Source: Dimorphilus gyrociliatus
Taxonomy: Eukaryota; Animalia; Annelida
Assembly (NCBI GenBank): GCA_904063045.1
Contig: CAJFCJ010000040.1
Coordinates: 65,503 to 129,502 of the forward strand
Direction of reading: 5' to 3'
DNA length: 64,000 nucleotides
Below, one piece after another: positions 12,404 through 23,729 of the stretch. The position numbers and the translations under genes are program-made. The notes beneath the pieces are model-generated. The model made no database searches. It was given only the letters and a program-made list of their open reading frames with translations, and was not told where the DNA came from. Numbering within the stretch: the first letter of the stretch is position 1; every line of letters begins with the position of its first letter.

Positions 12404-13188
12404 TTGAATAATGTTCAGGAGCTTTAATTATTTCACTTTTCAACCAATGCACTCCATTTTGCAATACCTAAATTGGTAGTTTGGTAATTGACAAGTAGAT
12501 AAGGATAACAATCGTTCTTCTTTGCCCTAACCAAAAAATGCACAATTCATTAAAATGTTTCCAATAATAAATTTAATAAGTGGTTACGCTAGATGGCGCC
12601 AGTATAATTTTGTTTTTAATTTAATAATTAATAACATTTAATTCACAAAAAGTATGAATGAAAGTTAAATATATAAGATAGTACTTGACTGATAGGATAT
12701 AAAAACAAATTCTATATCTTTTACAAAATTATTGAATGAGCTTCTGTCCATTATGTCAACAAAGGACTAGGAACAAAGAGAAATTTTCTGCAAGTAATTG
12801 CTACTACCTAAATGCTGACATCATGGAAAGTAAAAGAAACAAAGAAGACAATTACTACGTGGAGTTTTACTGTGTCAATCATTTAAATAATTTCATTGTG
12901 TAAGGTTAGACATTTACTTTGTTAATGGTATTGAGTAGTTAGTAAATTTCAATAATTGGATATTTCTTTATTGATCTTATCAACAAGTACATTATTCTGT
13001 TTTTGTTGATTGAATGAAAAGATACTTTTAATTAATCCTACACTTGTTGTTGTTCTAAAGTGTTTCTTTGTTAAATATTCATAAATATCGTATTTTTCAC
13101 GATAATAGATAATTTTTAATGAATATTATAGAAAAAATACTATTCAGAATGGTAATAACAACTTTGAAATTGTATGATGGACAATAAA

Positions 13189-15500
13189 ATGAACTTTATT
13201 GTCATTTCAATTTTTTTAATTAATTTTTTCTTTCAAAATATACAAGGTATTGAAAATATTTTCTTTTTTTTTGAAATGTTTACCAGTTTTTCTATTCTAT
13301 TTTATTCATTAATTTAGGAGATGATTGCCCTCATGGTTGGATAAGATATCTAGACAGTTGTATTGGAAAATTTACAGATAATCTGAATTCAGCTCTAATT
13401 TTAAACGCTTTGTGTAGTTTAAAAGGAGGAACTCCAATTAAAATTGATTCTCCAAAGAAGCGCCAGTCGGAAATACTATTTTATAGGCCTAAGGAGAATA
13501 GGAACAATAGGAAACTGTTCCAAAGATTTTACATGGCATGATAGTACACTGTTAAATTTTCATAATTTTGAAAATTCAGCAAATACATTTGTTAATAATC
13601 AAGATTTTGTTGCAATACGTAAAAGTAATGGAATATGGTCAACAGTTACAGATTTTAATTCCGACACTGGATATTTATGTGAAATGAACAAAGGTTTGTT
13701 TTATGAAAAATTATAGATGTTTTTGTTCTTTAAAAAAATATCACTTTAATTTATTCCACTATTTTGAATTATATTTGTCTACCTTATTGGTATTTGGTAG
13801 ACAATTATAGATATACTGGACAGTACAAAGTCAAGTTTATTTCTAGAGATTCTTGTCTTAAAGTATGATTTAATTGTATTTTGATACTAGTCATGAGCAG
13901 CAATTTTAACACTTCTTTCTTCCTATCCATAGCAATGCATAGATGGAACATACGGTATCTGTTCTAGTGTCTCTTGGGATCATGCCAAGGCAAGAGATAA
14001 ATTGTATGCAGATGACTTTCCAAAATTAAAATTCAATAGTTACTTAGAATTTATCAATTTGAAGGTGAATCTGGTACTTGTACAAGGCAAATTGACCTGT
14101 TGATCAACTTCCAGATTCTAGTTTTACAGCTTCAAATTCGGATAGTTCGTCAAAACCTTATGAAGGCAGATGTGGAAATTTTAAGCATGGCAATCATCCA
14201 GGGACATTTTCGTTTAAAATTGTTAATTCAAAACAATGGTTTCAAGTAGATCTTTTAAATCTCTATAATATAACTGGCTATCATATTTTGGGTGGAAAAG
14301 TGAATGCTAAACGTACCTTAGAGCATCATTACATGTTGTATAGTTTAAATTGTTTAGACTTTTCATGGTATCGCCAAAAGGAGAAGCAGTAGTAACCACA
14401 AAATGCTACAAAACTTAATAGAGTACTTGCAAACATTGGTACTTTAGCATCTTTTATCTTTTAAATCTTTTCTGGATCAGTTTCGATACCATTCTGTGTA
14501 ATTATATGACCAAGAAATTGTACTGATTCTTGTAGAAATGCGCATTTGCTCAGTTTGATTCTAAAGTCTTTTTCTTTGATTCTTTTCATTAATTTTTGAA
14601 AATCTTACTTAATGTACATAAAGAGCTATAGTAAAAGTAAACAAATTAAATCTTTTTTTTTTCATAAAAACTGGTAGATATAAGGAAATCTTCTGGTATA
14701 CTTTGTTGTATTGTAATTGTAGAAATTTCTGACTCTTCACAACAGAAATTGTCCTTTCCAATCATTTACCAATTTGTAAAAGTACTGGTCCAAATACAGT
14801 TTTTCTATAATTCCTTTATATCTATACTCTAAATATCAATATACCACTATTTCTAAGTGTACAGAAAAAAACTTGTACACATCAGGAATAGATTGTCAAC
14901 AATTGCATTTAACACTTCTTTTATACACAAATTTCAAGATTGCTTCATTTGTGATGAAGAATATTTAATCAACATTGCTTTTGTTTGTTATGGAAAGTCA
15001 GGTTGTTTATCTGGAAGTGATGAGAAACATTGTTCACAAATATTTCAACCAATCTTTCAATGCCATTCAGGAGAGGAGATATCTAATCTATTTGTTTGTG
15101 ATCACAAAAATTTCAGAATTTGATCCCTGTAAATTTGATGAGAGATATTGTGCAGATTAAAAGCAGTGTATAATTAAAGAAACATATTTGAATAATGAAA
15201 GACATTGCTTTTATCAAAGTGATGAATTACAGCTCTATGTAAGTATTAGGAACAATAAAGCACTTAAAATAATGATGTGATTAAATGCCAATCTTGACAA
15301 ATTATAATGATTGTTGAAATAATGAGTCCATAAATTGATCACAAATCATTCTAATTTGTCAAGATTGGCTTTTTTAATATTTCCATGCAATCATAATCTG
15401 GTGTATATGTGCATGGCAGTAGACATTTGATTTTTGGACAACAGCACAAATACAGCTAATATGAGATTGATTACTCATATCAGTCTTCTGAAAAGACTTA
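13189..15500 (+). pseudogene. Degraded C-type lectin / discoidin (F5-8C) / LDLa gene, probably the ectodomain of a GRL101-like receptor
   Basis: CPHGWIRYLDSC...FTWHDST...GIWSTV...GYLCE (CTL); SSFTASNSDSSSKPYEGR...QWFQVDL (discoidin); LDLa motifs at 14940-15110. Multiple stops and shifts, with an LTR fragment inside. Confidence 0.7.
14697..14798 (-). mobile_element. Gypsy LTR 3' (U5) fragment
   Basis: Reverse complement matches the last ~100 bp of the LTRs at 55521-56259 and 57556-58186. Confidence 0.85.
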
Positions 15501-15857
15501 TGATAAGCCCATTGTTATCTCTTACTAATATAGCTAATATATTTTACATATAGCTGCCATGGATTTGGACTAAAGTTGGAGATTGTTAACAAATAAGTAA
15601 TACATTTAAATAATATATTTATGTTTAATGAATATCAACTTTACACTAATCAAAGAGTTTTTTATTCTCCTGAACTCAAATCAAATTAAGAACTCCCTTT
15701 TTCTCTAAATATCATTATTTTTCTCAGATAAATTCAACTCATATTTATTTTGACTTTTATCAAAAGAATTCTCAAAAATAGATAGAAATCTCACAAAAGC
15801 TCCAACTTTTGAATAAAATCCGCTGTAACTACAAAAAACTACTGTCAATTCAAATGT

Positions 15858-16502
15858 ATGAGATTTTCTCTCTTCATTTAGGTGTTTTGTTTTATTTCAG
15901 CTGTATCAACAGATGTTTGTTCAAATGTTGCTGATAAAATTTTGAATTGGATTGAGCATGATATGTCTTACACAATGACTGAAAGCCAATATTCATATAC
16001 AAAGTCTGAATTTTCAAGAAATCCTGCTTACAAAATTTTTAAAAACAGTTACAAACTTACAAAAGTTGTTTGTATGCTTTTAGATTCTCAAACATTGACA
16101 GAATGGAGTGATAATTTAATAGAAATGTTTCCCATTACAATGTCTGGTTTTCAATTATCCTATGTAATTGCAAGTGAATATGCTAATGTCAAACCATATC
16201 TGGATCATGACAACCTTTACATAATGACTACACAGTTGGAGGAGATATTGATATATACTCGTGAAAATATTATCACTAGTAATGTAACAACCAAAGCAGA
16301 ATTTATCAAGAAATATACTGAATTAGTCAATCAAATGTCTGCAAAATATGGTTCTAATTGGTTTATTAATAACACAGCTTTCTTATTCTATTCCCATATC
16401 TTTCAATCACAAAAATTATGGAGATTATCAGACAGTAGTAAAGGAGCTATTGCAATAATAACAGGTATAATAATAGGACATTTTGAGTTGGTGATAGAAT
16501 AA
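15858..16502 (+). pseudogene. Orphan secreted protein with an in-frame TAG in the signal peptide
   Basis: ATG at 15858 is in frame with ORF 15882: MRFSLFI*VFCFISAVST|DVCSN...; about 200 further codons are open. Confidence 0.6.
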
Positions 16503-16619
16503 TAGCATCTAATATGTTTTCTTTTACATAATCAGCATACTGAGTCTCCTTAGTTGGTCCACTTTCTGATATTTATTTTTAAAAAATTAACCTTAAACGT
16601 TATAGATTACCTAATTAGA

Positions 16620-16860
16620 AATAGAAATAATTTATCTTACCTTGATACAGAGCAACTAGAAATTGATCACTTGAAGGAAAATCTGAAAAAGTCATTGCTA
16701 CAAATCGAAAACCACTGCCAGTCTCATCTATAGGAAAGGTTTGCACTAAATTTTTGTTTGCTGAGAAGATACTCATTCTAACATTTGAAAATGGAATAAG
16801 AAAAGCCATATATTCAACTTTTGTCAGTTGCAAGTCAATTTCATTCATTGTAATTTTAGC
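16620..16860 (-). other. Isolated coding-like exon of unknown gene
   Basis: The open frame (NEIDLQLTKVEYMAFLIPF...LVALYQG) ends at a GTAAGA donor; no family recognised. Confidence 0.3.
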
Positions 16861-17189
16861 TTATATAAATTGTATAATTATTGTAGAAGACAATAAATAT
16901 TTCAAAATCATTCTTTCAAGTTCAAACAAACACTTAACAAAAACTAAATCTCATAACAGTCTGCTTAACACTTTTATATGCAATATTTTTCATGTTCTCA
17001 TGACTGCTGTAAGAAAAGATTTCACTGAATTAAACAAAAGAAAATGTCACTGTATATCTCTCACATTGAAAACTATACATCAAAACTATACCATCACCAT
17101 AATCATTTCAATAGCTATACAAAAAATATCTTTAAGGTTTTTATTCAAAATGATCTTTGAAGCTTTTCAAATTTTGAATAATAGTAAAT

Positions 17190-17322
17190 TCAAATAAATT
17201 CAAAGTTTTACCAGTACTTCCATCTGGAATTTGGTTTAGGCATGTTTGTATTATTGGTAATTGTTTTGTCCAATCTGTCAATTGTTCCAAAACTACATGT
17301 TTATACAGTGCTCTACAGAAAG
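17190..17322 (-). mobile_element. Integrase fragment of the main Gypsy family
   Basis: RALYKHVVLEQLTDWTKQLPIIQTCLNQIP matches RALHKHVVMEQLTDWTRQLPLIQTCL in the 62323-63024 ORF. Confidence 0.9.
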
Positions 17323-17339
17323 AACTATTATGTACATAG

Positions 17340-17740
17340 GCACACACATTCAAGCAACTGCTTATAGGAGTCAGAGTAATAGATTAATTAAGCAAAGGAA
17401 CAGAGAATTGAAAAAAGAGATCAACAAATTAGTGTTGGAAGAAGACCAACGTAACTGGGTTACAAACCTACAATTGATTCAAGCATTCTTAAATCAATCA
17501 CCAGTAGAAATCACTGTAATACCTCCACAAGAACTTCCCTTTGATACCAGCAGTAGAACACTAATTGATGTAACCATTCACACGCCTGCCCCTGAATCAA
17601 GCATAATATTTGTATTCAATCAACAGCAACAATTAAAACAACTAAGAGCAAGAGCATTCAGCAATACTGAATTAATATTAGACAGAGTTGAACAGGTTTA
17701 CAGAGAAGGGGACAAAACCATAAAAGGTCAAATATTTAGA
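17340..17740 (+). mobile_element. Integrase C-terminal fragment of a second, divergent Gypsy-like lineage
   Basis: TAYRSQSNRLIKQRNRELK...W...LQLIQAFLN...PPQEL follows the rve-end pattern TTAYHPQSNGLVER. Confidence 0.7.
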
Positions 17741-18267
17741 GAAAATATTATGTCTGAAATATATATTTTATATAGTGGTGGACTAAAAAACCTGGACACT
17801 GAAAATTTTGATAGGCCACTTTTTAAATCACCCCAAAAACATGTTTTTTTGTTTGAAGTTGGTTTTTTTTAGGCAATTTACATTATTGATAAAGGGTTAT
17901 ATTTATGTAATATTGAAAAAAAAACAAAATTATTGTATTTGTGAATATTAATAGGAAAAATGTTTTTACTAATTTAATTAATTTTTTCTTTATTTGGCCA
18001 AGAGACATATTAACTGTCCATTTTATTTCTGTTTTTGGATTCAAATTGACAAAGGAGGAATACATCCGAAATATAGTGAGATTAGGTGTGAGATTTTTTA
18101 GTGGACACACTGCAGTCCAGATTCTCTTCACTATTATGGAGAGTTTGGATTTGGGTTGTGTTGAAGATACAGTGAACAGCTTAGGCTAAGAACTACTACT
18201 TTAGATAATAGCTCCTAAGCAGCCACACAGACCCTCAACCAAACAACCTTTCAGTGTTAGTGCAATT

Positions 18268-19248
18268 GGGGCTTGTCAGTCTATACTGGATTAGCAAACC
18301 CTAACCCCAAGACCTAACCCTGACCTGACAAAGGTTGGTAATAGTAGAACACTTACATCCTTTAACAAATACCTAAACACAAATCATAATGAGGTTAATA
18401 CTGCTCAATACATTTTCAATACTACTATTCTGTAGAAGAATAAATGATATAAATGTATTGTGTACAGTTTTGAAGAGTAGTCAGCCTGTCTTTATAACTA
18501 ATTTAAAATAATTCTGTTGGTACTGGTTTTAAATTCAAATTTATTTTCAAAATTCAATAAAAACTTGTTTTAGTAAGAGGTTTACAAACAATTGTTATTT
18601 TAATCTAATAAAGAATTATTTGCTTTCAAGACAATTAGACACACATCGCTCATGGCTATAGGGATAGTCTATCAAATCCCTGCATTTATTGGAACAAGCC
18701 ATTGCCTGTAAACAAAGTATAAATAGCATGTTGTTTATAACTTATACAACTTACTTTCTTCCAATCAGCCAAGAAATCTTAGTTAGAACTGTGTTATCTT
18801 TCACAATCATGTTTTCCAATTCCTGTCTCTTTTCTATTTCTTTCAAAATTGATCTCAAATTGCTTTCAAATAATGGTAATGAAAAAGTATGGAGTGAAAG
18901 GCAAACAAGCAAACAGACTATTAAAAGTTTTTTGTCCATTTTATCAGAATACAAAATTGTAAATTTCCTTCTAAGCAAAGACCAGGATTGAAATAGCTTT
19001 ATATTTTCTGCAACCTTCAATACTAAAAGCACATTTGAAAAAAAACAAGTTATCAACTAGTCTTAAACTACTTTTTCTTCTACAGAATAGTAGTATTGAA
19101 AATGTATTGAGCAGTATTAACCTCATTATGATTTGTGTTTAGGTATTTGTTAAAGGATGTAAGTGTTCTACTATTACCAACCTTTGTCAGGTCAGGGTTA
19201 GGTCTTGGGGTTAGGGTTTGCCAATCCAGTATAGACTGACAAGCCCCC
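18268..19248. mobile_element. 981-bp element with ~173-bp near-perfect TIRs enclosing a cargo gene
   Basis: 18268-18440 is the reverse complement of 19075-19248, with about 1 substitution and 1 extra C. Ends are GGGG...CCCCC, each flanked by AATT. Confidence 0.85.
18616..18939 (-). CDS. Secreted prepropeptide; likely mature 4-Cys (CX3C...CX3C) peptide
   Basis: Exon 1 reads MDKKLLIVCLLVCLSLHTFS-LPLF...EKR...WLIGRK, followed by a GTAAGT donor, a 49-nt intron and a TTTACAG acceptor. Exon 2 (18705-18616) reads AMACSNKCRDLIDYPYSHERCVSNCLESK*. The junction needs one extra G to be in phase. Confidence 0.65.
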
Positions 19249-19629
19249 AATTACCATGTATGTAACTGCCAGTGACTGTTTACTTTTTATGATATTCGTC
19301 CTCACATTCTACACCAATTAGAGGGTAATCTATCAAGTAACCGCAGGTATAATAGTCAATTAGCTACCTCTCAACACATGTAACATAGGAAGACCTAGAT
19401 TCAATTCTATGTTCCTTCCTATGTACATATGTAGCCCATCCTAATTTCATGATGCAGCCCAGAGCCATATTCATTACTGCACCATGAAATTCCACTGAAT
19501 CTAAGGCAAGGGGTGATTTCACCTCCAATTTGGACTTGGAATATTTTTGAAAAAATGTTTATTCCTGCTACAGGTATTATTCACCTGTTGAAATTTTTCT
19601 AAGTCCAATACCTAACAATATCACAACAA

Positions 19630-22600
19630 TATCACAAATTACTTGAACTGATTTTAGTTTTGTGCATGTGTTGAGTGTTGTTAGATCACCCAGCCAGGTG
19701 CTATGAGTTGCTTGTGTTGGATCCAGTATTGTTGGAAGTTGAGGTACCAAGGTGTAAGTAAAGCAACCATCTTATTTCTCATAATGAACTCCTTGCATAA
19801 AAGTTGAGATATTTGTTTGAATACAGTTTGTAGATTTTGGAAATTCTTGTTAATATTATTAAGTAAGAGAGATGTTCTAACAGCATTATCAATGTCCAAT
19901 TTATGGTATTTTGGTGGTGTTTCCATTGTGTGTTTATCTATATATTATTTGGGAACAACAGGAATACATTGCAAGAGTGTGAATTTTCCATTTGCTTTCA
20001 TTACTTCAAATTGATTGCCTGTTGGACTTTCATACCAAACATTTAATTTTGGTAATGGGTTGAAAGTGATTTCTTTGTGTTTCAATTTGAATTCTTTTAG
20101 TCTGATTCTTACTGTAGGTTTTAATTTGGAATTATTCAGCATTGTCAGAATGTAATTGTTATCAATATCCCAAATGTCTGGCGAAATAATTTCATTCAAA
20201 ATATATGTTTTTACTAATGTATTTTGTTGTATTGTAATTGTACAAATATCTCGTTCGCCACAACAGTATTGGTCCTGTTCAATCATTGGTCAACTCACCA
20301 AAGTACTGGTCCAAATAGAACCTTTGAAGTTTGTCCACAAAGTAGCCTCAATAAATGTAATTTAGGTAGAAATTAATCAACAAAATGCCAGTTCATCATC
20401 CAAAGAATATGTATTGAGTAAATGAGTTTCTAGTTCTAAACAAGTAAGCTTAAACAGCTAGCTAACAGTTGAAGAACTGAACTGCCAAGCTGGGAAATGT
20501 ATTTCCTTTTATACATTTACCAAAGCTTGGGTTCAATTTGTCAAAAGAGTAAAATAAAAAGTGAAATGCAACAAAAACATTAAAGATTGTTATAATTCCT
20601 ACAAAATAGAGGTTATTCTACAATTTCTTTAAACCTAAAGTCTAAATATCAATATGTTATTATATCTAAGTGTACAACTAATGATATTGATTGGGTTCTT
20701 AGCAACATGTGATACTTTCTATCACCTTCTCTACACTAATCATTATAAGTTACAATATTTTCTTTATCTGTTTCATTTGCATTTCTCAGAAGTTATTTCT
20801 TTTTTCCTGTGTAATTTTCCAATCTTGTTGCCTCAATATTAAAAATAACTTGAAATTTTTGGTTTATTAGCATTTTCCTGACTGCATAGTTTGACTCTTG
20901 AAGATCTGTTCTAAATACATCCATTGCTTTTTGTGGAACTAATACTCTTGTTCCTGGTCCTCCATATCCTCTTATGTATCTGTCTTGATATGGAAGATCC
21001 ATAATTGCATAATTTGGGCTTGAAAAGTATCCTCCTAGCTTAATGCATTCTATATTTTTTGCCACAGCTTTCCAAGGTGAGGTATGGCCAAGAAGGTGTT
21101 GTCCTTTCTTTGGATTAAATATAATAATTGAGTCCAGTGTTCTACAGAATTTATGTTTTATAGAACAGTCTTCCATATATTCCAAATTTGTAGTTATTTT
21201 ATCTCGGCTGGGCTGCCAATAAGCTTTACCAATTTGTAATATTGTTGTGAATTCTTCAACAACTGTTGTTCTTGGTCATTTGTAATATGGTCCCTTGTTT
21301 TCATCAAACACCAGAAGTTTTCCTTTCTGAAGAAGTTTTTGTCCCTTAAGAGTTTTCTCAGAATAAAGCATTCTTCTACATAGTTTTTCAGTTAAGCTAA
21401 GTGTTTGTTTTTCAATTCTGTGCTTTTTTGCCCCAAAGAAGTAATATGTATAAAAGTTGATTCTTCTTTTCGCCATACACTTAACTGCTTGAATTGCTAA
21501 ATTGTCAGCATTAATTTCATACACATTAGCCATAATTTTGATCATTTGTTTGGTTTCAAAGGTACAAATGGGTTCATCTGCTAAATCAAATGATTGATGT
21601 ACTTGTTGTCCTTGGCAAAACAGTACTGCTAGTAGCATTCTTACAGTTATGTTTGCTTTTGTTATGGATACATTTGCTTGAACCAAGTTTAAAGAACAGA
21701 TTACTAGCAAAGTGTAGATTATAGATCCTCTGATAGGAAGTGTTTGACCAGATCTTTGTTGCTTTTCTACTTTAATTGCATTAACTGCTATAGGTTGTTT
21801 GTTAGCTAGTCTTAATCTACTGGCATGATAGAATTTCCTTTTATCTGCCAATATTTCCAATTCCTATAAACATTTTGTAGTATCAGTAGCAGTTTCCAGG
21901 TATGGTCCATTCCATTTGCTTGTATTTATTCTGTTCATTCCTTGACCAATGTATTCATTTCTTATGTGTACCCAGTTATCCACTTTGTAAATTAGTGGTT
22001 TTCTGGTAATTGTTTTATTGACTCTATCTCTATATTTCTTCTTTGGTCTGTGAGAATTTCTTCTGGAATACCAAACATTGGGAAATAATTAAAAAACAAA
22101 TGTTTTGAGATTTCCTCAGCTGCTTGAGTTTTTAGAGGAAAAACATTGGTAAATCTTGACATGTGATCTATAATGACAAGCATGTACTTGTAAGAATCAT
22201 GTCCAGTAAGAGGTCCCATTATGTCCATGGCAATTCTTTGCATTGGTAGAGTTGGATGAGGTGTTTCAACCAACAAATGTTTGTTACTTGGTGCACATAA
22301 CTGTTTACAAAATTAACAATTTTTTATGTGATCTTTAACTGTTTTCTTTAGCTTAGGATGCCAAAATGCTTGTTCCAAAGTATGAATAGTTATATCAACA
22401 CCATAGGGTTAAAATAGTTGGTGTTGGTGAATTTGTCCAAGTAGGTTAGTTAAAGTTGAGAAAGGAATTACAAGTAGTGGTTGACAACCATTTAGATACC
22501 ATATTAAGTCATCTTTCACGAACATCCCTTAAATGTAATTTTTATATTCATTCAATGAGTCATCCTCAATATTTTCTCCTTCCAATTTATCTACTGCTTT

Positions 22601-23141
22601 CATTAATGGAGTGTCTAGTAATTGTTCTTTATAAAAGTTTATTTCAACTGGTGCAACTTTTAGTTTCATTATTTGAGCTTGATGTTCTTTTAATTCTTCA
22701 TCAAAATCATTATCTAAATTATCATTCAAATAATCATCCAATTCTTCTAAATCTTCAGTGTCAATATAAAAACATTTAAGCATATCCTTTCTTTCTGCTA
22801 ATTGGGGAACTGTATTGCCATTTTGTTTCTCTTCATTTAACCTCTCCTTAAGTAAATTTTGAAAATCAATTACTTCATTAGTTTCTCCAATTTTTGATAT
22901 TTTGAATTTTTGTTACTTCTTCCTGGTATGTAAATTATTTCAAAATCCATATCCATAAGTGCCATAACCCATTTAACAGTACTTGAATTTAATTTGTTTT
23001 GTACAAATGTTTGACCCAAATTTTTGTGATCAGTATAAAGAAAAAATTTCTTATAATGCAAGTAATGGGAGAATTTTTGAACTGCCCAATAGACAGCAAA
23101 AGCTTCTTTTTGGTAGGCTGCATATCTTAGTTGTGTGTTAA
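19630..23141 (-). mobile_element. Degenerate internal region of the Gypsy family (RNase H, integrase, env-like) with nested LTRs
   Basis: Protein segments closely match those of the 57556-64000 copy (INTQLRYAAYQKEAF, IAMDIMGP, ILADKRKFYHASRL, env N-terminus). Stops, frameshifts and an internal deletion are present. Confidence 0.95.
20218..20676 (-). mobile_element. Solo LTR (type A, internally deleted) inserted into env of the same family
   Basis: Termini TGTACACTTAGA...AAAATACA; perfect 5-bp TSD ACTAA on both sides; env-like sequence resumes across it. Confidence 0.92.
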
Positions 23142-23661
23142 TGTACACTTACACATAATGACATATTGATATTTAGACTTTAGGTATAAATCAACTTTAG
23201 AATAACTTCTGTTTCATGGGAATTATAATGGTGGAACTTTATAAAGTCTTTTATTTTGTAGAATAAGATTCTAGAACTTTAGAAAGAACTCTATTTCATA
23301 GGAAATAGATTCTTTGCCCATGTTAGATGGAGCCACTATGCATTTAACAAAGGAACAAAGAACACAGAAAAGATGCATGTCAAATTTGTTACATTTTAGG
23401 CAATACCAGATGCTACCTAAGCAGGCCTGTGCTGCAGTGGCACATGTTGGCCATGTGGTGTTCATCTCATCATTGTATTCTATATGTGTGATATAATAGT
23501 CTTTCATATTTTTGTTACTTGTCGATTATGAGACTGCTATATTTTGCCCTCCTAATCCTTTGACCAATTGTACCCAAGCTTTGGGAAATGTATAAAAGGA
23601 AATACATTTCCCAGCTTGTCAGTTCAGTTCTGTAACCATTAGCTGGCTGTTTAAACTTACT
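23142..23661 (+). mobile_element. 3'-truncated LTR (type A) abutting the RNase H remnant in opposite orientation
   Basis: Starts TGTACACTTAC and is colinear with LTR 55521-56259 through the TATA box region. Confidence 0.9.
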
Positions 23662-23729
23662 CCAAAATCAGCAATCGTAAATCTGAGATTTTTGGAAAAT
23701 ATAAGATAGTAATTATAGACTTTGTGGTT

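Noticed and set aside
12588-12601. AGATGGCGCC, a YY1-like motif between divergent genes
   Set aside because: A single short motif with no supporting evidence for a promoter.
17990-18260. Possible hAT transposase remnant (VDTLQSRFS) next to the TIR element
   Set aside because: The match is too short and frame-broken to support a call.
19378-19426. Small hairpins at 19378-19426 and 11405-11423
   Set aside because: Single short inverted repeats without TSD, Helitron CTRR end or second copies; they are expected by chance in AT-rich DNA.
21276-21278. TGA in env as programmed readthrough or selenocysteine
   Set aside because: The 57556 copy has TGG (Trp) at the same position, so it is a simple nonsense mutation.
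23271-23507. Cys-rich ORFs at 23271-23507, 37791-37973 and 55641-55826
   Set aside because: All lie in LTR U3 sequence, and their frames are not conserved between copies.
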